Assembly (NCBI GenBank): GCA_963765075.1
Contig: CAVXVA010000001.1
Span: 870,075 to 934,074, forward strand
Length of the DNA stretch: 64,000 nucleotides
From: an uncultured Acidimicrobiia bacterium
GTDB lineage: Bacteria > Actinomycetota > Acidimicrobiia > IMCC26256 > JAENVU01
Reading direction: 5' to 3'
Below are positions 9,484 to 18,500 of this stretch, in pieces (positions within the stretch are counted from its first letter, which is position 1; each line of letters opens with the position of its first letter). The notes beneath the pieces are model-generated. The model saw only the letters and a program-made list of their open reading frames with translations, was not told where the DNA came from and did not search any database. Position numbers and translations under genes: made by a program.

Positions 9484-10251
9484 TCAGTAGTCGACGCGCT
9501 TGAGGAAGCCGCCGTCGACGGTCAGGTTCACGCCGTTCACATGCGCCGCCGCGTCGCTCACCAGGAACAGGACTGCGTTGGCGATGTCCTGGGTCGTGCC
9601 GATTCGGCCGGTCGGATGACTCGCCACCGTGGCCGCGTAGAACTCCGGTTTGGCGGTGGCGATGGTGTCCCAGTCGCCACCATCCACGAACACCGGCCCG
9701 GGGGACACGACATTGCAGCGGACCCCGTCGGCCCCGAGCACCTGGGCCTGACCGAGCGTCCAGTTGGTCATGGCCGCCTTCAACGCGCTGTAACTCCCCG
9801 AACCCGAACCGAAGTGTTCTGCACTCGCCGTCGTTCCGATGCTCACGAGGGCGCCGCCCCCGTCGGTCAGTGCTTCGCGTGCCACGGCCACGCCGCCGAC
9901 GAGCGCGACGAGGTCGACCCCGAAGTTCTTCACCCAGTCGCCGAGTTGCTTCTGGGGTTTCCCCGACGTGTTGTGCACGTAGATGTCAAGACCGCCGAGT
10001 TGCGCGATGGACTCGCGCACCCAACTCTCGAGCGCGGGCAGGTCGCCGGCATCGAGCGGGTTCCCGACGATCTGCGCCCCGGCGCGGGCGAGTGGTTCCA
10101 GCGCTGCGACGGCCGCGGCAACATCGGCCGCGTCCCGCGCTCCGATCGCGACCGAGGCGCCCTCGGCCAACAGCGCCTCGGCAATCGCGCGACCAATGCC
10201 CCGCGTCGAGCCGGTCACCAGTGCACGCTTGCCCTCGAGTCCCAGATCCAT
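9484..10251 (-). CDS. SDR family oxidoreductase
   Basis: MDLGLEGKRALVTGSTRGIGRAIA (TGxxxGIG), YSALKAA (YxxxK) and NVVSPGPV are present. ATG 10251 is preferred over the upstream GTG 10314. Confidence 0.85.
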   Translation of the reverse strand: MDLGLEGKRALVTGSTRGIGRAIAEALLAEGASVAIGARDAADVAAAVAALEPLARAGAQIVGNPLDAGDLPALESWVRESIAQLGGLDIYVHNTSGKPQKQLGDWVKNFGVDLVALVGGVAVAREALTDGGGALVSIGTTASAEHFGSGSGSYSALKAAMTNWTLGQAQVLGADGVRCNVVSPGPVFVDGGDWDTIATAKPEFYAATVASHPTGRIGTTQDIANAVLFLVSDAAAHVNGVNLTVDGGFLKRVDY

Positions 10252-10380
10252 GTCGTCGTGCTCCTCGTCGTCGGTGACCTGCTGGGCCGGTGGAAGAGTG
10301 GCGCGGTCGGCCACCGGGAATTGATCGAGTGGTTAGTTATTCCAGCATCATCGCGGCCGCTCGGCAACACGAGCGGGTCA

Positions 10381-11619
10381 TCAGCGCGGAATGTCCTTCC
10401 AGGGCAGGCCTTTGTCGGCCCGAGGCTCGGCCGGAAGCCCGAGCACACGCTCACCCAGAATGTTGCGCTGAATCTCATCGGAACCGCCCGCGATGCGGTA
10501 CCCCGGGGCGCCGAGCAGGTGTTCACGCCACTCCCAGGTGCCGGGCTCGCCGCTCTCGGCACCGATGCGCGGCCCGAGCATGCGAGCCGCGACCTCACCC
10601 AGTTTGGTCATGCCTTCGGTCCACATCAGCTTGCCCAGTGAACCCTCGGGACCCGGGGTCCCACCCAGAGCCAGGTCGGCCGCCCGTTGGTTCAGCAGAA
10701 CCTCGACGCGCTTGTGGACATAGACCGCCATCAATTCCTGCCGCACCAGGGGATCTGTGGTCAGCCCGAGCGCCATGGCGGTGGCGAGCAACTGGGCCCA
10801 GGTCCCGCCGGGCCGGTCGGCGCCGGCTTCACCGGCCGGGTCGCTGTGGTCGCGTTCGAATCCGAGCGTGGTCAACGACACCCGCCAGCCATCGCCGACC
10901 TCCCCCAAGCGGAGCGAATCCGGGAGACGACAGCCGGAGAAGAACACTTCGTTGAACGAGGTGCCACCACTCATCTGGCGAATGGGCCGTACTTCGATGC
11001 CATCGCGGTCCATGGGAACCAGGAAGGCCGTCAGTCCCCGGTGCTTCACCGCGTCGATATCGGTCCGCGCAATCAGGAGCCCCCACTCGCAGAACTGCGC
11101 GCCCGAACTCCACACTTTCTGGCCGTCGATCACCCAGTCGTCACCATCGAGGACGGCTCGACACGCGAGCCCGGCGAGGTCCGACCCTGCCCCCGGTTCG
11201 GAGAACAGCTGGCAACACAACTCGCGCGCCCCAAGGAAGGAAGCAACAAAGCGTTGCTGCTGCTCCTCGGTCCCGAAGACGGCGACGGTCGGCGCGATGA
11301 GGTCGGTCGTGACGCTGAACGACTCGTGAGGCTCCGGCACCCGGTACGCGCGTTCGAGGGCGGCAAAGACCTGCGCATACTCCGCGCCCAGCCCGAGGCC
11401 GCCGAACTCCGGCGGGCCCGTGATCGCATGGAATCCTTCGCTTGCCTTCAGGCCGTGCCACCGCTGGGCGTCGGCCAGAACCGCACGTTCCGGCTCGAAG
11501 TCGAGGTTATGGAACACCGCGACGTTGAAATCGCGTCCGCTGCTCGCCGCCCGCGGTTCGCCGTTGCGGGCGAGCCATTCACCGACTCGGTGCGTGAACT
11601 CCTCGAGTGATTCGGACAC
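10381..11619 (-). CDS. Acyl-CoA dehydrogenase family protein
   Basis: 412 aa with ...LFSEPGAGSDLAG..., ...KVWSSGAQ... and a C-terminal ...RIAGGSDEIQRNILGERVLGLP typical of ACADs. Confidence 0.9.
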   Translation of the reverse strand: MSESLEEFTHRVGEWLARNGEPRAASSGRDFNVAVFHNLDFEPERAVLADAQRWHGLKASEGFHAITGPPEFGGLGLGAEYAQVFAALERAYRVPEPHESFSVTTDLIAPTVAVFGTEEQQQRFVASFLGARELCCQLFSEPGAGSDLAGLACRAVLDGDDWVIDGQKVWSSGAQFCEWGLLIARTDIDAVKHRGLTAFLVPMDRDGIEVRPIRQMSGGTSFNEVFFSGCRLPDSLRLGEVGDGWRVSLTTLGFERDHSDPAGEAGADRPGGTWAQLLATAMALGLTTDPLVRQELMAVYVHKRVEVLLNQRAADLALGGTPGPEGSLGKLMWTEGMTKLGEVAARMLGPRIGAESGEPGTWEWREHLLGAPGYRIAGGSDEIQRNILGERVLGLPAEPRADKGLPWKDIPR

Positions 11620-11625
11620 GGGCGC

Positions 11626-11631
11626 AGGGTA
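11626..11631 (-). promoter_or_regulatory. -10-like hexamer TACCCT, 6 nt upstream of the ACAD GTG start (leaderless geometry)
   Basis: The minus-strand sequence TACCCT fits the TANNNT consensus. It is followed by a 6-nt spacer and GTG at 11619, with no SD sequence. Confidence 0.35.
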
Positions 11632-11662
11632 TTCGGTGGACCGACGGTTCCGGCGGTCGACC

Positions 11663-11668
11663 TACGAT
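11663..11668 (+). promoter_or_regulatory. -10-like hexamer TACGAT, 7 nt upstream of the TetR ATG (leaderless geometry)
   Basis: TACGAT is followed by cgaggca and ATG at 11676. It fits TANNNT, and there is no room for a leader with an SD sequence. Confidence 0.35.
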
Positions 11669-11675
11669 CGAGGCA

Positions 11676-12296
11676 ATGGCCGTCAAGAACCAGCGGCTCG
11701 GCCGCCCACCCGCGTCGAGCTCAGCCCAGACCCGGGCGCGCATCATCGAAGTCGCGCGCCGCAGCTTCGCGGATCATGGCTACGGCGCCACCACCAACCG
11801 AATGCTGGCCGCCGATATCGGGATCACGCCCGGGGCGATCTACCACTACTTCGATTCCAAGCTCGACATCTACCGGGCGGTGCTCGAGGAAGTGCAACAG
11901 CAGGTCTACGACGCCTTCGAACTCGCGGAGGCGAGCGCCGACAGTTTCCTCGACAAGCTTCAGGCCGTCTACGACTGTGCCCATGCGATGAACAGTTCCG
12001 ATTCAAGCATTGCGAGGTTTCTCGGATCGGCCCGCATCGATCGCCTGCGCGACGGCGACCTGTCCCGTGAACTCGGTCCGACCGATCGACGAGGTGAGGG
12101 ATTCTTCGAGTCCATCGTCGACCGCGGGATCGGGAACGGCGAGGTCGACCCGAGCGACCGCGACCGCATCGTCAGCTACATCCGAGCCTTCAACGTCGGT
12201 TTGACCGACGGACTGTCGGCCGACGTTCACGAACATCGACGTGCAGTCGACGGTTTCATGCTGGTGCTGCGCGGCTACGCGAGCACGCTCGACTGA
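11676..12296 (+). CDS. TetR/AcrR family transcriptional regulator
   Basis: The N-terminal HTH ARIIEVARRSFADHGYGATTNRMLAADIGITPGAIYHYFDSK is present. The gene is divergent from the ACAD gene. Confidence 0.85.
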   Translation: MAVKNQRLGRPPASSSAQTRARIIEVARRSFADHGYGATTNRMLAADIGITPGAIYHYFDSKLDIYRAVLEEVQQQVYDAFELAEASADSFLDKLQAVYDCAHAMNSSDSSIARFLGSARIDRLRDGDLSRELGPTDRRGEGFFESIVDRGIGNGEVDPSDRDRIVSYIRAFNVGLTDGLSADVHEHRRAVDGFMLVLRGYASTLD

Positions 12297-12346
12297 GGGC
12301 AGAGGCGAATCGGTGGGTGCTCGGCCGGCCCGGCGAGACCGTGAGG

Positions 12347-12577
12347 TCAGTGGACATCCGGCTCGGCAATGCGATGGTGCGGGACCTGGGGACCGGCCAC
12401 CCACCCGCAGAGGTGCGGGTCACAGTCGGTCAGCGATCCCTCGATCCACGATCCATCCGAACGGAAGCGACCCTCGCGAGCACCGTCGGTCACGAGTACG
12501 ACCACCTCGCCCGGGGCTCCGACCGCGCGGTCACGTTCGTAGAGCGCGCCCGACAGCGGATGCACGATGCCCTTCAC
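12347..12577 (-). CDS. Hypothetical small protein (76 aa)
   Basis: The ORF has high GC3. Its GTG start overlaps the Rieske oxygenase stop (GTGA at 12574-12577), which suggests translational coupling. No family was recognised. Confidence 0.4.
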   Translation of the reverse strand: MKGIVHPLSGALYERDRAVGAPGEVVVLVTDGAREGRFRSDGSWIEGSLTDCDPHLCGWVAGPQVPHHRIAEPDVH

Positions 12578-13941
12578 GGCCCTGACTCGGTTCCGGTGAT
12601 GTCGCCGATGCCCATGAACGCGTCGAGCCGCTGGTGCAGCCAGCGGATCTTCGACTCTTGGTAGTTCCCGAGCGTCACACCGGGTTTGCGGGTCGTCTCG
12701 AGCCCCTGCTGGACCCGCGCCATGTTGAACAGATCCTGGTTGAAGACCTTGCCGAGCATGCCGAGTTCCGGCGCGTCGGTGAACTGCTCGTCCTCAGTCA
12801 GGAAATGAACCGGCGCATTCGGCGGCCGGTCCCCGCGGAACGGGGCGAGGAACAGACACTCCATGATCGAGCTGCGGTGGTCGTCGCCGTTGGGGCGGAA
12901 TCGGTACACGATCCGATTGAAGGCTCCCCACGGATGAAAGTTCGGGAACACCGTGTAGTCGATGCTGTCCATCAACTCCGCGTCCGACATCCACTCGACC
13001 CGTTCCCCGGCAAACGGCCGCCATCGATCTCGGCTCGCTTCGGCCCCGACGGCGCGCATCGACTCGCCCTCGGACACCGGCAGCGGAGAGGGGTCGTCCA
13101 CGCGCGTGTCGGTCATCGCGCGCATCATCTCGTCCTGGGTGGGTGTCCAGTCGAGCAAGGGGCTGGGGGTGCCGCCCGCAGTGATCACGCGTGCGAAGTT
13201 GTCCCAGATGTCGACCTGGCTGTTGGTGTCGCCCAGGTACGGAAGGATCTGCGGATGGGTGGCCCCCACATGGAAGGCCTCACAGAAGGCCTCCTGGGCG
13301 ACCTTCCAGTTCGCATGAATCACCTTGGCGACGTGGGCACCGGTGTAGCGCTCGGCCAGATCCCAGGTCGCGAACTGCCCGACGATCTCCCCGAGGAATT
13401 CCTCGAGCGGCATCGCATCAGGATCGGGATTGATCATCACGAAGCCGGCCCAGATCCCGACCTGACACTCGGGAAGCGACCACTCCGCCTCGACGACATG
13501 CGGGAAGTCCCAGTCCGCCGGCACGCGGCGGAGCCCACCGTCGAGCGCCCAGGTGAAGCCGTGAAACGGGCACCGAATCTCACTGCATCGCCCGGCATGG
13601 TCCTTGAGGCGCCGACCGCGATGAAGGCAGGCATTCGGGAAGGCCTTGATCTCCGTGGGTGACGTCCGCATGACGATGAACGAGTCCCGCACGATCTCGT
13701 AGAGGATGTGATCGCCGACCTCGGGGATGTCGTTCTCCCGGCAGGCGAACTGCCAGACCCGCGGCCAGAGCCGTTCCGCCTCCAGTTCGTGACGTTCACG
13801 CGAGATGTAGTTCGCGACGGGGAGGTCGTCGCGGCCGAGATACCGCGGCGACGTGAGCCGCAAGACGTCCGGGACGGGATGGGTGTCGGTGTCGAGCAGC
13901 TGCTGGTAGGTGATCCCGGGTGAGCGCGCTTCGCCGTTCAC
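12574..13941 (-). CDS. Rieske (2Fe-2S) aromatic-ring-hydroxylating oxygenase, alpha subunit-like
   Basis: The Rieske motif is CLHRGRRL...CPFHGFTW. The catalytic-domain pattern is ...NWKVAQEAFCEAFHVGATHP.... GTG 13941 overlaps the upstream SDR stop (GTGA). The alternative start at 14019 would overlap that gene by 82 nt. Confidence 0.85.
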   Translation of the reverse strand: MNGEARSPGITYQQLLDTDTHPVPDVLRLTSPRYLGRDDLPVANYISRERHELEAERLWPRVWQFACRENDIPEVGDHILYEIVRDSFIVMRTSPTEIKAFPNACLHRGRRLKDHAGRCSEIRCPFHGFTWALDGGLRRVPADWDFPHVVEAEWSLPECQVGIWAGFVMINPDPDAMPLEEFLGEIVGQFATWDLAERYTGAHVAKVIHANWKVAQEAFCEAFHVGATHPQILPYLGDTNSQVDIWDNFARVITAGGTPSPLLDWTPTQDEMMRAMTDTRVDDPSPLPVSEGESMRAVGAEASRDRWRPFAGERVEWMSDAELMDSIDYTVFPNFHPWGAFNRIVYRFRPNGDDHRSSIMECLFLAPFRGDRPPNAPVHFLTEDEQFTDAPELGMLGKVFNQDLFNMARVQQGLETTRKPGVTLGNYQESKIRWLHQRLDAFMGIGDITGTESGP

Positions 13942-14732
13942 TGGTCCGCCCGCCGGCCGTACGAGACCGCGCGGTGCGTGCGTCCGCCGGCGACGAGGAT
14001 CAGTTGTCCCGTCACCCACGACGCGGCGTCCGACGCGAGGTAGACGACGGCACCGGCGATGTCGTCGGGGGTACCCGTCCGTCCGAGTGGCACCGAGGCG
14101 GCGATCGCCGCGAGCTGCTCCTCGTCGGCAGTCAGCGTTTCGAGAAAGGCCTCGGTGACGACCGGCCCGGGCGCGACGGTGTTGACTCGGATGTCAGGTG
14201 CCAACTCGAGCGCGAGGGTCTGACTCAGGTTGTTCATCCCGGCCTTGGCCGCCGCATAGGGCCCGGTCATCGGCGAGCCGCGGGTACCGGCGCCCGACGA
14301 GATGTTGACGATCGAGCCGCCCGGACCCATGTGCGACGCCGCGGCTTTGCACCCTTGGAACGCGCTCGTGAGGTTCAGTTCGAGTTGAGCACGGAAGACG
14401 TCGTCCGGTGTGTCGAGGAGCGTACGGGTCTGTTTGTCGTCTGATCCGCCGACGTTGTTGACCCACACGTCGAGGCGTCCGAACTCCGCGACGGCCCGTT
14501 CGGCGATGGTCGCCGACAGATCACGGATGTCGCCGGCGACGATCAGGGCGGCTCGGCCGCGCGCCCGGACGCCGGCCGCGGTCACTTCCAGGTCTTCGAT
14601 CCGGCGGGCGTTGACCACCACATGGCAGCCGAAATCCGCGAGACCCCAGGCGATCGCGCGCCCGATTCCCTGGCCCGAACCGGTGACCACCGCCACCCGG
14701 TCGGTCATGTCGAACCTGTCGCGGAGACTCAT
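13938..14732 (-). CDS. SDR family oxidoreductase (FabG-like)
   Basis: VAVVTGSGQGIGRAIA, NISSGAG, YAAAKAG and NTVAPGPV are present. ATG 14732 lies 7 nt downstream of a TAGTTT box. The track's TTG 14738 is an alternative start. Confidence 0.85.
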   Translation of the reverse strand: MSLRDRFDMTDRVAVVTGSGQGIGRAIAWGLADFGCHVVVNARRIEDLEVTAAGVRARGRAALIVAGDIRDLSATIAERAVAEFGRLDVWVNNVGGSDDKQTRTLLDTPDDVFRAQLELNLTSAFQGCKAAASHMGPGGSIVNISSGAGTRGSPMTGPYAAAKAGMNNLSQTLALELAPDIRVNTVAPGPVVTEAFLETLTADEEQLAAIAASVPLGRTGTPDDIAGAVVYLASDAASWVTGQLILVAGGRTHRAVSYGRRADQ

Positions 14733-14739
14733 CGGCAAG

Positions 14740-14761
14740 AAACTAACTCAGCGATTAGTTT
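14740..14761. promoter_or_regulatory. Perfect palindrome AAACTAA-N8-TTAGTTT in a 36-nt divergent intergenic region (two -10 boxes and/or a shared operator)
   Basis: Each arm contains TAGTTT (TANNNT) exactly 7 nt from a start codon: ATG 14732 on the minus strand and GTG 14769 on the plus strand. The same ACTAA-N8-TTAGT core recurs at 21896-21913. Confidence 0.5.
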
Positions 14762-14768
14762 TGTGCAC

Positions 14769-16931
14769 GTGTCCGAGACGATCACGACCTTCTGCCGGGT
14801 CTGTCATGCCGCATGCCCGGTCGAGGTCGAAGTCGAGTCCGGAACCCGAGTCATCGGAGTCCGCGCGGCCCGGAGCGATCCGCTCTTCGGCGGGTACACC
14901 TGCATCAAAGGTCGACAACTCGCGGACCAGCATCACCACCCCGACCGCCTGCGTTCGGCGCGGCGGCGCGGGGCCCATGGCTTCGAGGCCATCGGGTCGG
15001 ACACCGCGCTCGATGAAATCGCGGCGCGCCTCGAGAGAATCGTCGCGCTCCACGGCCCGCGCGCCGTCGCAACCTATGTCGGCACGGGCGCATTCCAGAA
15101 CTCCACCGCCGTCGCCGTTGCCACCGCGTGGCACGCTGGGTTCGGCTCACCGTCGTTCTACACATCGGTCACGATCGACCAGCCGGCGCACCGGGCCGCG
15201 GGGTTGCGAATGGGCACGTGGGAAGCCGGGTGGGACAACTTCACCGATGCCGACGTTTCGCTGGCGGTCGGCTACAACCCGCTGGTGTCGAGCTATGCGC
15301 CGGCCGGAGGTTTGCAGGGCACGAACCCCTTCGTGCGCTTGCGCGAGGCCCGAGAGCGGGGTCTGCGATTGATCGTGATCGACCCGCGCCGAACCGAGTT
15401 GGCCGCGGCGGCCGACGTGTGGCTCCAGGTCCAGCCCGGAGAGGATCCGACCCTCCTCGCCGGCATGATCCGCCACCTCCTCAGTGAGGGTCGGTACGAC
15501 CACGACTTCTGCGCCCGCTGGGTCGACGGGATCGATGCCCTCGCGGCGGCGGTCGAGCCCTACGACCTCGCCCGGGTCGCCGACCGTTGCCGAGTCGAGG
15601 CGGCCGACGTGGTCGCGGCCGCCGAGTTGTTCGCGGCGGGTCCGCGTGGCGCAGCCGGCACCGGGACCGGGCCGAACATGGCGCCGCACTCCATGCTCAC
15701 CGAGCACTTGACCCTCGCGCTCAACGTGCTGTGCGGGCGCGTACGGCGGGCCGGCGAGTTCATCGAGAGCGGGGCCTTCCTGACCCCGGGCAACACCCGG
15801 CGGGCCCGGGTCGTCGCGCCGTCGGATCCGACTCCGGGCGCACCACACCGGATGGGCGGCCTCTCGGGCATGCCGGGCGAGATGCTCACGAACCGGCTGG
15901 CCGAGGAAATCCTCGAACCCGGTGCGGGCCAGGTGCGCGCGCTGATCGTGGCCGGAGGGAATCCGGTCGTGGCCTTCCCTGACCAATCCCGGACGGAGGC
16001 TGCGCTGCGATCACTCGACCTGCTCGTGGTGATCGACGCCCGGATGACGCCCACCGCCGCGCTCGCCCACTACGTGATCGCACCGCGCCTCGAGCTGGAG
16101 CGCGCCGACGTCCCCCACATCATGGATGGTCGGATCGCCGCTCCCTACAGCAACTACACGCCGGCCGCCGTCACCACCGACGACGATCTCCTGTCCGAGT
16201 GGGAGGTCTTCGCCGGCCTCGCCGCTCGCGGCGGCACCACCATCGATCTTCCCGGAGGCCCGATACCGATCGAGGGCGGCGCAGTCGCCGAACTCGTCGA
16301 CGACGACCTCGTTCTGGATCTCGTCTACGCGCGGTCACGTATGCCGATGGACGAAATCCGGGCGAATCGGGGGGTCATCCATCCGGACCGTCGGATCGCT
16401 GTCCTGGCCGCCGCGGAATCCGACACGGCGCGGTTCGCGCTGGCTCCCGCCGACGTCGTCACCGAGTTGGCTGAGGTTGCGATCCAGTCGTGTGTCGAGG
16501 CAGTGCTCGACGGGCGCGATCCGGCCGAGTTCCCGTTCCGGCTGATCAGCCGAAGAATGCGCCACGTCGTGAACTCACTCGGTCCCGAACTACCGGGCCT
16601 CGCCCGCCTCGGCACGACCAACCCCGCGTATCTCCATCCCGATGACCTCGCCGAGCTCGGCGTCGCCGACGGGGCGCTCGTGCTCATCGAGTCGCCCCAC
16701 GGGTCCGTCACCGGCGTGGCCGCCCGCGCGAACGACGTCAAACGTGGGGTGGTCTCGATGTCGCACGCATGGGGTGGCGGCTCCGATGCCGGTCAGGACG
16801 AAGCCGTCATACGCGGTCGAGGCATGCCCACGAACCGGCTGGTCTCGGCGACCGCCGGCTTCGATCCGATCACGGGCATGGCCGTGCAGAGCGCGATCCC
16901 GGTACGAGTCAGCGCAGTCGGAGCCGATTGA
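14769..16931 (+). CDS. Molybdopterin-dependent oxidoreductase (DMSO reductase/formate dehydrogenase superfamily)
   Basis: The N-terminal Fe-S motif is CRVCHAACPVEVEV...GGYTCIKG. It has molybdopterin-binding domains and a C-terminal molydop-binding barrel (...GALVLIESPHGSVTG...). The start is GTG 14769, or GTG 14763. Confidence 0.85.
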   Translation: MSETITTFCRVCHAACPVEVEVESGTRVIGVRAARSDPLFGGYTCIKGRQLADQHHHPDRLRSARRRGAHGFEAIGSDTALDEIAARLERIVALHGPRAVATYVGTGAFQNSTAVAVATAWHAGFGSPSFYTSVTIDQPAHRAAGLRMGTWEAGWDNFTDADVSLAVGYNPLVSSYAPAGGLQGTNPFVRLREARERGLRLIVIDPRRTELAAAADVWLQVQPGEDPTLLAGMIRHLLSEGRYDHDFCARWVDGIDALAAAVEPYDLARVADRCRVEAADVVAAAELFAAGPRGAAGTGTGPNMAPHSMLTEHLTLALNVLCGRVRRAGEFIESGAFLTPGNTRRARVVAPSDPTPGAPHRMGGLSGMPGEMLTNRLAEEILEPGAGQVRALIVAGGNPVVAFPDQSRTEAALRSLDLLVVIDARMTPTAALAHYVIAPRLELERADVPHIMDGRIAAPYSNYTPAAVTTDDDLLSEWEVFAGLAARGGTTIDLPGGPIPIEGGAVAELVDDDLVLDLVYARSRMPMDEIRANRGVIHPDRRIAVLAAAESDTARFALAPADVVTELAEVAIQSCVEAVLDGRDPAEFPFRLISRRMRHVVNSLGPELPGLARLGTTNPAYLHPDDLAELGVADGALVLIESPHGSVTGVAARANDVKRGVVSMSHAWGGGSDAGQDEAVIRGRGMPTNRLVSATAGFDPITGMAVQSAIPVRVSAVGAD

Positions 16932-16965
16932 TGCCGAAGTCCGCAGTCACGGTGAGGAGGCCCCG

Positions 16966-18024
16966 GTGCTGGCAGCAGTGATCACCGGCGCACGCCGACT
17001 CGAACTCCGTGAGTTCGCCGAACCAGTCCCCTTCGCCGGCGGAGTGGTCGTGGAGGTCTCGTTCTGTGGCATCTGCGGGACCGACCTCGGCGCATATTCC
17101 TCCGGGCGCCCATACCGCCCCGCGTTGTGTGGCCATGAGTGGACCGGGACCATCGCGAGCATCGGTATCGGAGTGGATCAGGTCAGCGAGGGTGACCGCG
17201 TCGTGGTCGGTCTCCCCACACCCTGCGGGCAGTGTGGCGAATGTCGGGCCGGTCGCGCCGATCATTGCCGCACGGTCGTGGCGATGCTCCATGGCCGCGA
17301 CCCGGCCGCGCCGGCCCATGGGGGCTTCGCTCCCCGGATCGCAGTGCCGGTCGCCCGAGTCGTCGCGGCCCATCCCGGCCTCGACGACGAGACCCTCGCC
17401 CAGGTCGAGCCGGTCTCGATCTGCCTGCACGCGGTCGAGCGGAGCGGCCTGATCGCGGGCGACACGGTCGCCGTGCTCGGCGCCGGCCCCGTCGGGCTCA
17501 CGACCGCGCAATGCGCCGCCGCCATGGGTGCCGCGCGGGTCATCGTCATCGAACCCGATGACGAACGACGCGCGCTCGCGGTTCGGCTCGGTGCCCGCGG
17601 CCCGGTCCCGGTCCTCGCGGGGGCGGTCGCTTCGGCCCGCGACCTCGTCGACGAGCACACCGCCGGCCTTGGGGTGGATGTGGTGTTCGACTGCGTCGGG
17701 GGCGGCGATGCGCTCGCCGACAGCGTCGGACTGACACGCCGCGGTGGCACGGTCTGCATCGTCGGGCTCGCCCACGGTCCCGCGGTGTTCGAACCCGCAG
17801 ACTGGCTCCGCAAGGAGATCACGGTGACCACGACGATGGGGTACGTGCGCCGCAACATCGAGGCGGCCATGCAGCTCCTGGTCGACGGTCGCGTGCGCGT
17901 CGCGGACCTGCACACGTCCACGACTCGTCTCGATGCCCTCCCCGAAGTCTTCGAGCAACTCACGACGGCCGGGAACGGCCAGCTCAAGGTGCTCGTCAAC
18001 CCCAACTGGAGTTCCAACCCATGA
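16966..18024 (+). CDS. Zinc-dependent alcohol dehydrogenase / MDR family oxidoreductase
   Basis: CGICGTDL, GHEWTG and CGQCGECRAG are present with the Rossmann motif VAVLGAGPVGL. GTG 16966 is preceded by GAGGAGG. The longer ORF start at 16642 overlaps the previous gene. Confidence 0.85.
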   Translation: MLAAVITGARRLELREFAEPVPFAGGVVVEVSFCGICGTDLGAYSSGRPYRPALCGHEWTGTIASIGIGVDQVSEGDRVVVGLPTPCGQCGECRAGRADHCRTVVAMLHGRDPAAPAHGGFAPRIAVPVARVVAAHPGLDDETLAQVEPVSICLHAVERSGLIAGDTVAVLGAGPVGLTTAQCAAAMGAARVIVIEPDDERRALAVRLGARGPVPVLAGAVASARDLVDEHTAGLGVDVVFDCVGGGDALADSVGLTRRGGTVCIVGLAHGPAVFEPADWLRKEITVTTTMGYVRRNIEAAMQLLVDGRVRVADLHTSTTRLDALPEVFEQLTTAGNGQLKVLVNPNWSSNP

Positions 18025-18500
18025 CATCCATCCTGCCCGTTGCCGACGGCCTGTTCACCTGGCCGAGCGATCGCCCGGCCCTGCTCGGCGGTCGGTGCAC
18101 CGCGTGCGGCAATCACACCTTTCCCGCCCAGGACGGTTGTCCCAAGTGTTCCGGCGCCGATACCGAAACTGTCGAACTGGCGCGCCGGGGCACCCTCTGG
18201 ACCTGGACGGTGCAGGCCTTCCCACCCAAGTCACCGCCGTACGCGGGCAACCCAGATCCCGCGACCTTCCAGCCATTCGGCGTGGGGTATGTCGACCTCG
18301 ACGGCAAGCTGTTGGTCGAGACCCGGCTGACCATTGCCGATGCCGATGAGCTGGAAATCGGCATGGAACTCGAACTGGTCATCGAACCGCTCTATATCGA
18401 CGACAACGGGAACCAAGTCGTCACCTTCGCGTTCGGACCGGTCGGTGCGGAAGCCACAACCGGTGGAGCCGCCACCTCGACGGAAATGAGCACCTCATGA
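18021..18500 (+). CDS. Zn-ribbon + OB-fold (DUF35) protein, thiolase partner
   Basis: CTACGNHTFPAQDGCPKCSG is followed by an OB-fold. The ATG overlaps the ADH stop (ATGA), and the stop overlaps the thiolase start. Confidence 0.85.
   Translation: MTSILPVADGLFTWPSDRPALLGGRCTACGNHTFPAQDGCPKCSGADTETVELARRGTLWTWTVQAFPPKSPPYAGNPDPATFQPFGVGYVDLDGKLLVETRLTIADADELEIGMELELVIEPLYIDDNGNQVVTFAFGPVGAEATTGGAATSTEMSTS

Noticed and set aside
14769-16931. Molybdopterin oxidoreductase as a second selenoprotein (formate-dehydrogenase-like enzymes often use Sec).
   Set aside because: The reading frame is continuous with no in-frame TGA, so there is no evidence for Sec here.
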